From assembly GCA_002104905.1 (NCBI GenBank), contig MCFE01000283.1:1-64000 (forward strand): a stretch of DNA of 64,000 bases, written 5' to 3'. This DNA is from Basidiobolus meristosporus CBS 931.73. Lineage: Eukaryota > Fungi > Basidiobolomycota. Within the stretch, counting starts at the first letter, position 1, and each line of letters begins with the position of its first letter. The notes under the pieces are model-generated. The model was given only the letters and a program-made list of their open reading frames with translations, ran no database searches and was not told the origin of the DNA. Below are positions 48,435-60,865 of this stretch, piece after piece. The position numbers and the translations under genes are program-made.

Positions 48435-51174
48435 AGACTTGTTCTGTTGGATAGTGCCACATAGTGCCAGCCGGTTTATGGTGCCAGATTGATCTGGCAC
48501 TCTACGGCACTATCTGGCACTATAATTTCTACCATGATGCCAGTGGTATGATACAGTTACTGGTAATTTTACTCAATCTTACTTATGTTGCTCAGAGTAG
48601 TGCTTTCCTTGCTTTATTTACTCTTCATAATGCTCCAGACACATTTCTCTCAGTGGATGTCTTCTTGTATGAACATACTGTGCATTAATAAGTATCTTAA
48701 CTATTTTGATGGTCCACAGTACTTGGAATAGATCTCCTCTAGTGTGTCAAAAGGAAATCCAGTGGTAGTGATGGGATTGATGAGAAAAGACCATTCAGAT
48801 GAGTAAGTCATATTAAAATTGATGGATGATTGTATGGAGGCGGTTTGAATCAATTTGGCGCAATCTGCTTTATTTATCTGATTTTTAATACATTATGGTT
48901 AAATCTCCATCAATTGCCATGTATCCCATCATTATGTCACAAAATCATCTGCAAACAATGCCTTGGTACTTTTATTGATGCTTTAATCATAGGTCTATAA
49001 TCAAATAGGAAATCTGCAATTGATGTGATCTGATCCATGTCAACGCAATCCAAGATGCATCATGCATAATATATGGAAAATTCAACAATCACATTAGTTT
49101 TCATATATATTTCATATAAGACCAGGTTGATGCCAATATACTGCTGTATAAGTATCCAAATCCATTGCTATGGTCCCCATACCAAGCCTCAACTCATCTT
49201 TAGTACAACCCAGACAAAACCCATCCCCCAGCTCACAAGCACGGTCCGGACCAGAAAAGTCAATGTTGGATCCGTTTGAGCTCTTGCCAAATGATTTTAG
49301 TATAGCCCAGGTGTCTATGATGAGCCTTCATACAGATATTTGGGCACTACTGATTAATCTAGCAGAACTAGATACCTCAGAGAGTCAACAAAGATGGAAG
49401 AATTTGAGTAGAAAGCTGTGGCATGAGTTCTACATCAAGATGCCAGCCAATGTATGTAAAAAGATATATAACAAGACAAGTATTGAAATCAAGAATGAGC
49501 TGAGAGTGAGGGGAATTGACAAAGTAGCCACGCGGGAGCGATTTTGCGCGCAATTTGCACAGTACGGGCCGGACGCGTCTGTTTGTGCCTCAACTTTGGG
49601 AACCAAAGAGATTTTGAATGAGTTTTTGCCTCAAATGACTAATGTACTTTGTGATATATTAGTAGAGCTAAGTGGCTTCCAAGAGCAATATACACAGGAC
49701 TCATCCAAGCAACAGCTCCAAAGTATCAGACAGAGGGTAAGTGAATACCTTGAGGAATCAGATGGTGAGCTTCAGGAGGAAGAATACAGACCGCGAGCAA
49801 CATTGTCCAGATTGCGCCAGCACGCCTTGCTGGATTCCCTACCATCTCTTGCAACCACAGCACACCAGCGCACGTCAGTCCAGAGTACGCCAACACCCTT
49901 TACCAGAACGCCCCGCATCAAGTCAACGCGCATCAAGTCAACATGCGTTGGGTCAACGCGCGTGCTTCAGAGCAAAACTACAAGAACTTGCCAAACTGCT
50001 CATTTAGACACAAGTCCATTGGAGCGGACCAAGTTGCGTCAACATGCGGCATCACATCAAACTCAGCCAAGGGCCATCTCAACACGTCAAGGCGCACCTG
50101 CGCGTGCCGTCTTGCCTGACCATCAGTGAGTTACTTCTGGTGAACTGACTGATGATGACCAACATGAAGTGCCTCAACCACCGGAGCCCTTGGCAAGTAA
50201 AAGAATGCGTCAGCGCATGGCACTACAGGCTGGTGCAGTTGGTTCAGTTGGAGCAATTCAGTGCGGCCAAGCTGCAGCATTGCACTCATCAACTAGGAGG
50301 CAACATACTGAGTACAAATACACAAGTAGCCAAGATGATAGTCAGCCAGGAAGTAGTATAGGTGTGCAAAGTGAGTCACTACCAAATGCTTCAGTAGTAA
50401 TCCCTGTGAGAAAGAAACCCAGGAGAAGATGATGCAATTGCTTTGAATTGCTCACATTTGTAATGATCCCAACAACCCTTTTTTTTGCAATCCCAATTGA
50501 GCAATTGCAAATCAGTGATCATCAAATTTTTGATATAAGTAATATTAAGGTCGTCTCACATTTGAGACAGAACCCCTATAAATAAACACCCTGCATATAT
50601 ATATGTCATCTGTAATACCAGTGCAGCTATTGGATCTGTTTTGCACCTACACAATTGCTTGTGTCCTAGCTATGACACCTTGTCCAATCACTAGGATCAG
50701 GGATTTACTTGCTCAATGGGCAAAATGGGATATTTGATGGCAAATCAGGTAGCTTTCTCAGTAGTCAATGAGCCAATTGGGGGCTGCCAGCTTCAGGATA
50801 CTTTTGGACCAATTAACCACTGAGATACCGTCCAATTGGAGTGAGGGTAACCAAAATAGTAAGTATCAGTGTAGTTTATAGTGTGAGACACATTTACTTC
50901 CATTTACATTAAAGTAACATATCCAAATACCGGATTTTACCTGCCATAATAGCGGTATCCAATTGCACACGTGATGCAAACATTACAAGTTGGCACAATC
51001 ATCCATGCCAACCTCATTGTGTCAGATTGTGTCATAGTGTGCAAGATTGTCCTGCATAGTGCAAAATTGTCTAAGAACAATCCTGCCTTCTGGTAGCTAT
51101 AATATTGCGCTTGATTGTTCTTTACAACCGCAGATTGCGCCGCGTGCCCTGGCACGGTACAATAGAACAAGTCT
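48435..51174. mobile_element. PHIS element copy 2 (2740 bp), transposase-deleted derivative
   Basis: Same TIRs, perfect 3-bp TSD ACT (48432-48434, 51175-51177); the region equivalent to ~40615-41304 is deleted. Confidence 0.92.
49170..50129 (+). CDS. PHIS ORF2, Myb/SANT-like protein (319-aa ORF; frame stays open to 50432 after one TGA)
   Basis: Near-identical to 41768-43000, with a 30-nt RIKST-type internal duplication; ends RKKPRRR if read through. Confidence 0.65.
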   Translation: MVPIPSLNSSLVQPRQNPSPSSQARSGPEKSMLDPFELLPNDFSIAQVSMMSLHTDIWALLINLAELDTSESQQRWKNLSRKLWHEFYIKMPANVCKKIYNKTSIEIKNELRVRGIDKVATRERFCAQFAQYGPDASVCASTLGTKEILNEFLPQMTNVLCDILVELSGFQEQYTQDSSKQQLQSIRQRVSEYLEESDGELQEEEYRPRATLSRLRQHALLDSLPSLATTAHQRTSVQSTPTPFTRTPRIKSTRIKSTCVGSTRVLQSKTTRTCQTAHLDTSPLERTKLRQHAASHQTQPRAISTRQGAPARAVLPDHQ

Positions 51175-54100
51175 ACTGAGTGTGGTACTTTATAGCTTTG
51201 CAATATTTGTTGGACTGAATGAGCTTCTTTAAATGTGGTATTACTGGAAGTTATCTGGAGTCTGAACAATACTTTCCCTCAATGGTGGTTGATTCCTGAC
51301 AATTTGAACATGTTGCAATGGTTGCATTTTTTGGATGTGAATGCTGTGCAACTGCTGGCACATTCTGGAATTAGGACAGTCTCTGTGTCATATGTTCCTA
51401 GCTGAATGATGGTTGTCCACTTGTACTATGTACATGATAAGTTGCATCCCAGAATGATTCTGGCAAGAAGTAGTAGTCAATTCTCAAGGCCACCATTATT
51501 GATACCAGTGAAATTGTGCCACTTCTCTAGCTACAACATTACATCATTCACCAGTAGATGGATTACTGGGCTCACTTGGCTCCATAAAGTATGCTTGGCA
51601 TTTGTTTCAATGGGTGCTGCCTCATTACATATTGGGATTTGACCAGACTCATACATGGTACTATATTTAGGGGATATATTCTTGCATTGCAACAGTGAGC
51701 CTTCATTCTCAGAGCTGTCACTCTGCATGCTATTTTCAGAAGGCTGAGGTCAGCCTAAGATGCCAGAAACTAACCTGACTCAGTTTGCGCAAGGTTACAA
51801 AGATGACCAAGGGCCAATATAGAAGTATCAACTGGCTGGCAAGATAATGTTGGCAGAATACTGACTGATGAATGGTCAAATTTAACTTGTGTGGCAAAAC
51901 ACTGGCTTTGATGCCTGTAATACTTCCTATGCACTCTGCATGCTTCATGGCTGAGAGGCTTGCTACAATAGCCACATGGTCTTTTTTCTCTTCTCTTATG
52001 GAGTTGAATCAAAGTGGTCTTGCCCATGGGGCATACAGTTTGACCCTAACAATGTAACACTACCATATCACATTTTGGTCAATACTCATGTGAGTTTAAG
52101 ACAGTCTTGTATTTGAGACATTGCACTGAATGAATGTAACATCCACATGATGACCCACCATAGTAAGCATTATAAATAAAGTTTTGGTATCACATACCTA
52201 CATATATGTAACACTATTTTCCCATTGGTTTGACCCAGTTCCATATATATGCTGCCAAAAAATAAAGCGAAGTTGTCTGGTTCTCAACCAAACCCTGCCT
52301 CTGACAGCAGCAGAAGAATGATTGGACAACAGCTTGCTCTGACATTCAGTTCAACAAGCAGGGCTACATCCAAAAAGGCCATGTTGACAGTGTGCCCACT
52401 GAATATAATAATGCGTACTCCTCAGGCTCTCAGTCAAGTAGGCAATTGAGAACATTGGTGGTGCTACAAGCTGTCTGCTTTGCTCAGGCCAATGAGGGTG
52501 TTGTAAATGCAGTACCTTCAGTTAAAGACCAGCAAGTGGCCATTATAACATCACCACCCCCCATATTAGCAAGTATTTTGTCAGCACATACAAAAGCATT
52601 GATGAAGCAATTAGGTGCAGTGGCTGATAGTATATATGCAATGACCCAGAGAAGTCACAAAATAGTCCAGAAACAAGATGAGCAGATAATATGTGTGGAG
52701 CAATCAATATCCCAGGTAGAGAAAGCAATATCTTTGCTGTAAAGAAGGAACTCAAGTAGCGCAATGTCACAGCCAAGAATTGAGCCATTTCCTGGTGTAA
52801 AAGCAGAGGAACACCATACAGTCTTTGAAGCACAACAACAGTGCCCAGAGGTCAGAAGTCTAGTGTACCTTCACCTTAAGGCCAGCATACCATAGGACCA
52901 TCAGAAACTCAAGGCCAGCAGAATGTGATTGACTTGCTCCATGAGCATTATCCTGGATTCAAACAGGCAAAAGGATTTTGGGCCAGCATTGGTTTGCTAA
53001 GAAAGTATCTTAAGAATAGCAGAAACTATCAAAGGCGGAAGAAAAAGGGTTGCATGGCTAAAAACCAGTGGCTTCCTCAAGAGCCTGTTAGAAGCAGGGC
53101 CAAAAGCTCCAAACAAGTGTCAAAGAGGTATCAGGTAGCTGGAAGAGTGCCAATCAGGGACAAACAGGCAGATATAGATGCACAAGCACAACATTTATCA
53201 AGGAAAAAACATAGGACCACTAAAGAAGCACTCAGTCATAGTAGCAGCAATAAAAACCAGCTGCTTTCTCAGGAGCCCATCACAACTACAGCTGGGAGCT
53301 CAAAACAAGTGGTAAAGAAATGTCAAGTTGCCAGGAGAGTGCCAGCAAGGGACAAGCAGGCTAAAACAGATGCGTTAGAGCAGAATTTATCAAGGAAGAA
53401 ATGTAGTTCATTACTAGAAGCACTTGGACAAAGCAGCAGTGATAAAGGAAAAGGTAAAGGGAAAAGTGTCTACCCAAGCCTGAGACAGGGAAGCATACAA
53501 AAAATACTGCAGTTCTTGCCAATTAACACCATAAGCCTGGAACTGACTGAATCCCAGCATGGCCAAGAAGAATCACCAACAAGAAAACAGTTGTTTTTAC
53601 AAGAGTTGGAAGCACAGGTAGTTGAGCTACACTCCAGCAAGGTAGATGAGTTTGCTGAAAAAGGCAACTTTTCTACCACAGCCTCCACATCCTCCATTGC
53701 TGACAGAGTGGAGATCCCACTGATAGACAAGGCAACAATGTCAAGAACTCAAAAGCCTATCATAATGCCTTTGGTCAAACTTTTGAACATTAATAGGTAC
53801 ACCAAGAGGTTGCAGAACTTCTTCACAAGCAGTGCTCAAGAAAACCCACTTAAATATTGCAAGGATTAATTGCAATGGCTGGCAGATGAGGTGCTAGACC
53901 TTGCAGTGCTGGTTAAATACCAGGATGTATGGGATCCAGTGAAGGAACAGTGGCATAAAGCTGTTGGGTTCCTGCAGGAGTCATGGAAACAGAGTGTTAC
54001 AGCAGAAACACTTATGAGTGGTGGATCTTAATGGTGTTACTTGCTGAGTGTGAGGTTGGGCTAAATGTTAGTGTAGGGTACAGGGACTTGAATAGGTCAC

Positions 54101-54549
54101 TACAATTGGTGATTGAGGTACTACTGAAGTTTCATCAGAAATAAATCAATTTGTATGCATAAAAAGTAAGAGAAACAGTTGAGTCAGGAAGTAAGGAGCA
54201 TGAAAAAGAGGCAATAACCAATCAGTGTACACAAATGCAGGAGGTGATTAAATATCAAGGATCAGAAAGTGAGAAAATTGGCAGGGAACCAATCAAAAGC
54301 CACTAATATAATGTTGGGATGAAAAATTTTGACCAAGTTTTTTGTGAAATCTGGGGTGCAATTATTTTTCAACGGTCTCTGCATGGTGTCCTTACAGGAT
54401 CAGTACCTCTTAGTCACAAGACTTTCAATATGTGATGGCCTTTTGACAGGATCATCACAGTAATTTTTCATTGGGTTATTAAGGAAAAAATGTAGTTCAA
54501 TACAAGAAACACCTTGTCAAAGTAGCAGACAAGGGCCTGATGGTGACAA

Positions 54550-55330
54550 AAACCTGTAGCTTCCTTGGGAGCCTATTACAAGCATAGCTGACAGCTTGAA
54601 ACAAGTGGCAAAGAAATGTCAGGCTACCATGAGAGTGCCAGCAAGAGTCAAGCAGGCAATAATAGATGTACTAGTGCAGGAATCATCTAGAAGAAAACAT
54701 AGCACAACAGAAGAAGCTCTTGTCCAATTATTGGTGAAGACTTTGGGGTGACAAATGTACAGGTAAATAGAGAAAAGCCTACCCATGTCAGAGACAGGGA
54801 AGCATAAGAGAAAAGCTGCAGTGCTTGCCAATTAACACATTGGCCCACAACAGGCTGAATCCCATAATAGCCAAGCACTACCAACAAGACAACAGCTGTT
54901 TTCTCAGTAAGGAAAGTACAGCCAGTTGCTCTATACTCCAGTGAGGTAGATGAGCTTGCAGAGAAAGGCATTTTAAAAACCACTGTGTCCACATCCTCAA
55001 TTGCAGATGGAGTGGAGATCCTACTGACTAACAAAGCAACAATGTCACAAACTCAAAACAATATCATAATGCCTACAGAGGAATTTTGGAGCATTAATAG
55101 GCACACTGAGAGGTTGCAGCACTTCTTTAGGAGCAGTGCTCTAGAAAATGCACTTGAATATTGCAAGGAATCATTGCAAAGCCTGACAGATAATGTACCA
55201 GACTTTGCAGTACTGGATGAAGACCATGACATATGGAACCAAGTGAAAGAACTATGGCATAAAGCCATAGGGTTCCAGCTACAGTTGTTAAAAAAGGGCA
55301 TTACAGCAAAAATACTTATTGAATGGTGAA
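54550..55330 (+). repeat. Duplicate of the CACTA accessory ORF 3' part (homologous to ~53260-54030)
   Basis: ORF 54985-55329 (STSSIADGVEILL..) matches the end of ORF 52925-53869 (STSSIADRVEIPL..). Confidence 0.75.
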
Positions 55331-55789
55331 TATTAATGAAGCAACCTGTTGAGTGAGGGGTTGGCCTTAATGTTAGTGTTGTGTTTGGGGACTTGTTTAA
55401 TGAGCTGAAAAATATGAAGCACAGATGTTAAAGTAGGGAAACCTATTCAGCTGATTTTGATAATCCAAGTGGCCTCAGTATCTTACTAATCAGTCTTATG
55501 AGGTAACATTGAGCTGGATGCAATAAGCAACTTATTTCCATTAGGACAACTTAACCAAAGTAAGCTAGATATCTCCCAGGTACAAGTCAATTTCTTTGCC
55601 TTTCAATATAGATTTCAGACTAAGAGAATAGCAGAGCACAAATAAGTGTGGCAATAATCCAGTGGGGTGCAGGAATATATTGTCAAAGCACTAAAAGGTT
55701 CTTAGCATAGACTCATGAGGTTTTCATTACCTTGGTGGCAGCAACCAAGCTTATGATTGTGAGATGTGTATGTTTCCAGCAACACAAGG

Positions 55790-56321
55790 TGTCATGAGTA
55801 GACACAAGGCAGGAGAGTAGAGCTAGGCAAGGCAGGACCAGGAAAGGACTAGGTGTGGATCAACAAGGCAAGATGTGTTTCCAAGGCAAGGTGGATTTTC
55901 AAGGCAAGGCTGTTTATTGAAGACCTGTGTTTATCAGACTGAGGAATACATAAGGGGGGATAGGACTATATATACTTTTTGGCAATATGGATGCCAAGAG
56001 ATATTGGCTAATACTGATTGGGTTCTGGGATGAGGCACAGTAAGTGTGCCAAGATAGAATATACTAAAGAACAGACTGGAATATCACACAGAGATATGTC
56101 AGAGGTCAGCTGATCATGTGACATGTAGTTACCTTATGTGGCATGGGACTACATAAATTCTAACAGGAAGCTTCCATAGAATGTTCCATTGTGTAATGTT
56201 GACTTGGAGCTTTCAAGAAGTTGCCAGAATGTAGAAGAACTTTCTAGAAGGAACTTGGATTTCTTCACTAACTTGGTTTGGCTAGATAACTGGAGACCAG
56301 GGATGTCATATGATCATGACA
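55790..56321 (-). repeat. 3' LTR (532 bp)
   Basis: Aligns to 60866-61413; preceded on minus by PPT AAAAGAGGAGAATAG (56322-56336). Confidence 0.93.
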
Positions 56322-56324
56322 CTA

Positions 56325-57700
56325 TTCTCCTCTTTTGAGGGGCACTCCTAAAGCTTTTGGCTTTGGCTTTTTAGGGGATATCTGGTGGAATAGGGCAACT
56401 AGATCTTGGCAGTATGTTAGGTTTGCTGCTGGTTCCCAAGTTTGATCATTTGGGCTGTAACCAACCCAATCTACCAGATAGTGAAGTTAGGATCTTATGT
56501 ACTTTCAATACAACACTTGCTGAGCTTCAAACTCTTAGTGTTTGTCCACTTGGATGGCTGGGGGACTTGCTGGGTGCTGGTTGGGTAGAGTACTTTTGTT
56601 GAATGGTTTTAGGAGGGATACATGGAATGTGCCATGAATTTTCATACTTGGTGGCAACTGTAGTTGGTATACAATTGGACTAAGTTTCTTCTTGAGCTTG
56701 AATGGACCTAGTCTCTTGTAGTCTAATTTGTCATAAGGGTGGCTGGTTGTAATATTTCTTCTCAAGAGCCATACTAAATCTCCTTCATTAAGCTTGGGGC
56801 TAGGCCGCCGTTTGTTGTCTGCAAACTTCTTGTACCCCTCATGTGCTAAGGATAGTTCTTTCTTGAGTGTTTCTTGGATTTCTAGAATTGTTGATGCATG
56901 TTCAGCTGCTGGGGGGCTCATAGTGTTTGTTGGGATCTGAATATCAAATATGCAGACAAAAACCATCATTTGCATAGAATGTAGTGAGACCTGTTGCACC
57001 ATGACATGAGTTGTTGTAGGCAAACTCTGCAAGTGGTAGCAGTTGGGTCTAGTTGTCCTGCTGATAGTTAATAGAGCACCAGAGGTAATGCTCAGGGATC
57101 TGGTTAATTCTCTCAGTCTGGCCATCTGACTGTGGATGCAAGCAGTTGAGAGCTTGACTTGCACACCAAGATATTGGATGAAGTGTTTCCAGAATTTTGA
57201 TGTGAACTGGGGTCCTCTATGTGATACAATGTCATTGGGGATATCATGGAGCCTGAAAATGTTCTTGATCACTAAGTGGGTAGTCTCCTTTGCATCTATG
57301 TTCTTTGAGCAGGGAATGAAGTGAGCCATCTTGGTGAGCCAATCTGCCACTACTAGGATTAAATTGAATTGGTTAGATTCTGGGAGGTCAGTGATGAAGT
57401 CCATTGAAAGTGATTTCCATTGCTGGTCAGGGATTGGCAAGGGTTGGAGAAGCCCATATGGCTGGTGTCTAGCAGATTTTACACAGTTACATGTATCACA
57501 GGATTGGAGGTACTCCTTGACAAGAGATATCATCTTGGGTCACCAGAAGTCCCTCTTGATTGCATTCAGGGTTTTGGCAGTACCAAAATGTCCTGCAGCC
57601 ATTGAATCATTGCAAGAATGGATGATATCCAACTGGGTATCAAGGTCTGGAACAAACAGTTGGTACTTGTGGTAGATGATGTCATTGACTAGATGTAGGT
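56325..57700 (-). pseudogene. pol: Integrase with C-terminal chromodomain
   Basis: ORF 56535-57533 (WKSLSMDFITDLP, GPQFTSKFW, GPY/F module LGPFKL). In frame after stops: EFEAQQVL..LHYLVDWVGYSPNDQTWEPAANL (chromodomain). Confidence 0.9.
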
Positions 57701-57773
57701 GCTTGTCTCAGGTTGAGTACTTTTGGGATGGTAAAGTACTCAAGGTTCTTTTGGTCACAGAAGATCTTTACTT

Positions 57774-59519
57774 TTAGGCTTCACCATCAAGGTATTGTCT
57801 CCATTGTTCAAAGGCAACAATGATTGCAAGTAGTTCCTTATCATAGATATCATAGTCTACTTCAGCTGGAGTAAATTTCCAGGAGTAGAATGCAATAGGG
57901 TGTAGTACATTCTTGTCATTGTACGGAGAAAGGACTGCACCAAATGCAAAGTCAGAGGCATCAGTTTCTATGATGAAAGGTTTCTCAGGGTCAGGGTAAG
58001 CAAGCTGGGGAGCATACAGGAAGGATTTCTTGATGGAATTAAAGGACTTGGACTGTTCCTCATTCCAGGCAAAAGGCAGATTCTTCTGGGTGAGCTTTGT
58101 CAAGGGAGTTGCTATCTTGGAGTAGTTGGCTATAAATCTACAATAGAATTTGGCAAATCCAAGGAAGGACTGCACTTCTTTTACAGAACAGGGAGTTTTC
58201 CATGACTGGATGGCTTCTACTTTCATGGGGTCCATTTGTGTTCCATTTGAGCTGATAAGATAACCTAAGCACTCAACTTCTTTCTGGTCAAACTCACATT
58301 TCTCCAGTCTGGCATAGTGGCCAGCAGTGTCAAGTTTGGTTAAGACTCTCTTGACATGGGAATTATGTTCTTCTTGGGTCTTAGAGTAGATCAAGATGTC
58401 ATCAAGGTAGATAACCACAAATTGGCCAAGGCATTCACAGAATATGTCATTCATCAGGTGTTGAAAGATAGCTGGGGCATTGGTGAGACTAAATGGCATA
58501 ACTGTATACTCAAAATGACCATATCTTGTTCTGAATGCAGTTTTCCATTCATCACCAGGCTTGATCCTGACAAGGTTATATGCTCCTCTGAGGTCAATCT
58601 TAGTAAATACTTTGGCAGCAGACAGTTGATCCAACAGGGTGTTGATCAGGGGCAATGGATACTGGTTCTTGATTGTGGTCTTATTCAGTGCACAGTAGTC
58701 TACACACACTCTTAGGGTACCATCCTTTTTTTTGACAAAGAGGATTGGGGCACCAGCTGGGGACTTAGAGTGCTGAATAAAACCTTTCTGGAGGTTTTCT
58801 TGAGTATAGGCATGGAGTTCTTTCAACTTGGGTTGCAAGAGGTTGTAAATAGGACCAAAAGGTGGGGCTTTTCCTTCTTCAAGGTCAATGGGACAATCAT
58901 AGGGTCCATGAGCTGGGAGTAGCTTGGCTTTCTTCTTGTCAAAGACATGGGCAAACTCTTGATACTTGGCAGATATTCCATTGAAGGGGGTTCCCTCAGT
59001 GATAATGGGCTCCTGGGTCTGGGGTAGCTTAGGAAAAGATACTTCTTTACCTGAAAAATCAGGTTGTTTCATAAAGTTGACATGGTGGATTCTGGGGAAT
59101 GTCAGGATTTTGGTCTTCCAGGTGATAGCTAGGTCATGGTGACTAAGCCATGAGCTTCCAAGGACTACGGAGTAGTGGGGAGAGTTGATGATGTTGAAGG
59201 CTAGTGTCTTGTGGTGACCAGTACTGGACAACTGGAGTAGACATGTCTCATGGGTTACAGCACCAGAAGAGTGGGACCTTCCATCAATAACTTCTACTTG
59301 GACAGGACAGGATTTCAGGACAGTGGGGATTTGGTGCCTCTGGACAAATAACTGGTCAATGAAACAGGAGGAGGCACCAAAATCTATGAGGGCAAGTATG
59401 CAGACAGGGCTGGATTCAGGGAGGTGGATGTTGACAGGCATTCTTAAGGACTGGATGGACTTGTTAGCGTATGATGTTTCTTGAATGTGCTGGATCTTCA
59501 ATGGAGGGTCCAGTTGCAA
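57774..59519 (-). pseudogene. pol: Protease-RT-RNase H, 581-aa ORF
   Basis: LIDFGAS (mutated DSG), PAGAPILFVKKKDG, KIDLRGAY, YLDD, ETDASD; stop before the end of RNase H. Confidence 0.95.
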
Positions 59520-59589
59520 GCCTGTCAGTGTGACTGGACATTGGAGTTTCTCAATAATTCAGGAGAAGATTGCTCACAGGATGATTACA

Positions 59590-60420
59590 GGAGCTTGAAG
59601 CTGGACTTCCTGTTAGGACAAGACTTGGCAAAGTGGCCTGGCTAACCACAGTAAAGGCAGAGGTTTGCCTGTTGACATCTAGATCTTTCTTCTTTTGTGA
59701 GTTTCTTATATTTAGCACTGTCAATTTGCATAGGATCATCAGGCTTAGTGTTGGGTGACTGGATTACTAGGAAGAAGGTTGGCCAGAATTTCTGTTTCTT
59801 CTGGAAAAGACAATTGTCACATTGGATTGCTTGATGAATAGCTTCACCCAAAGTAGTTGGGCCAGGGAGAGTGAGAAGTAGGTCACTGACTTCATCACTG
59901 AGCCCATCTTGAAATGATCTAATTAGGGCAGTGTCACCCCAAAGGCTCAAATCACTGGCTGGTAGCCAGAATTCAGAAGCATACACAGATGCAGGTCTGT
60001 TTCCTTGCTTCAGGCTCTTGATCTTGTTGGCAGAAGTTCTGGCTTGGTCAGTGTTGCTAAATGTTAGCTCCATTTCTGTGAGGATGGCATGGTACTTGCT
60101 GAGTAGAGGGGAGTTGGTTTCCACCAAAGGGGAGAACCATTTGTGGGCAGTTCCAGTAAGCAGGTTAGAGATATAATCAACTTTTGCTTGATCTGTTGGG
60201 AACCAATTGGGTTGTAGTGACAAGTGGTGTTACACTATTTTGATTAAACCTTGGAATTCATTCTGGGAGCCACCAAACCTGGTAGTTGAAGTGATCTTGG
60301 GATCATGGTAGGAGGGAGCCTGGATAGGCTGTTGAGCATTTTGGCTCTGGAGCTGAGCAACAGAGTTCTGAGGTCTGCATTGTCTTGTGGCAGCTGGGCA
60401 AAGGCAGCCATGAGACTTGC
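59590..60420 (-). pseudogene. gag: Gag with CCHC zinc knuckle
   Basis: FPTDQAKVDYISNLLTG, PDDPMQID, CLYCG*PGHFAKSC; stops and a frameshift near the 5' end. Confidence 0.88.
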
Positions 60421-60851
60421 AAAGTTATACTCTGGACTGGATATGTCATAGTAGCAGGGGGCAGAGAAGTCTCTTGGACTTGTTCAGGAATACTGGATAT
60501 TGCTAGCTAATTTGTGGGTTATAAAGCCACTTAGTTTGTCAAGAATACAATTATTGAGCCACAATCCCCAACTTTGAATAAGTTAGTGTCACTTCAGAAG
60601 GTACTGGCTTTAATGATCCTTTGATAGAGTATTGTACTAAAGCTTGCAATAATGTAACAACTGTAAACTACACCAGCAGGGTAATAAAGTGAATGCAGCT
60701 TTGGCCAATAATCTTACAAAGATAAAGTATCTTTGCCTTTAGAGGACAAGACTAGGGAAAAATCCAGGGTGATACCCATGGTAGGTATTCCTTTACAAGT
60801 TCTTCTTAAGAACTTTAGGTAGAAGGCAGAGTTCCACAGGTAAGTCAGGAG

Positions 60852-60863
60852 CAGTCTGATAAA
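60852..60863 (-). promoter_or_regulatory. Self-priming primer-binding site (TTTATCAGACTG on minus)
   Basis: Starts 2 nt inside the 5' LTR boundary; perfectly complementary to CAGTCTGATAAA (minus strand, 61007-61018) within the LTR. Confidence 0.8.
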
Positions 60864-60865
60864 AC

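Larger units (their letters stand above)
46200..54050. mobile_element. Most complete CACTA/EnSpm-like copy: transposase on minus (~46300-52030, interrupted by PHIS element 2), accessory ORF on plus (~52390-53870)
   Basis: ENFGPCFTFWEFPME (47053-47580), HLLFNILH (47577), N-terminal Cys-rich YD..C...C.AFT...C..C (~51260-51390) and CGYCSK (51770-52027); no CACTA terminal motif found. Confidence 0.72.
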
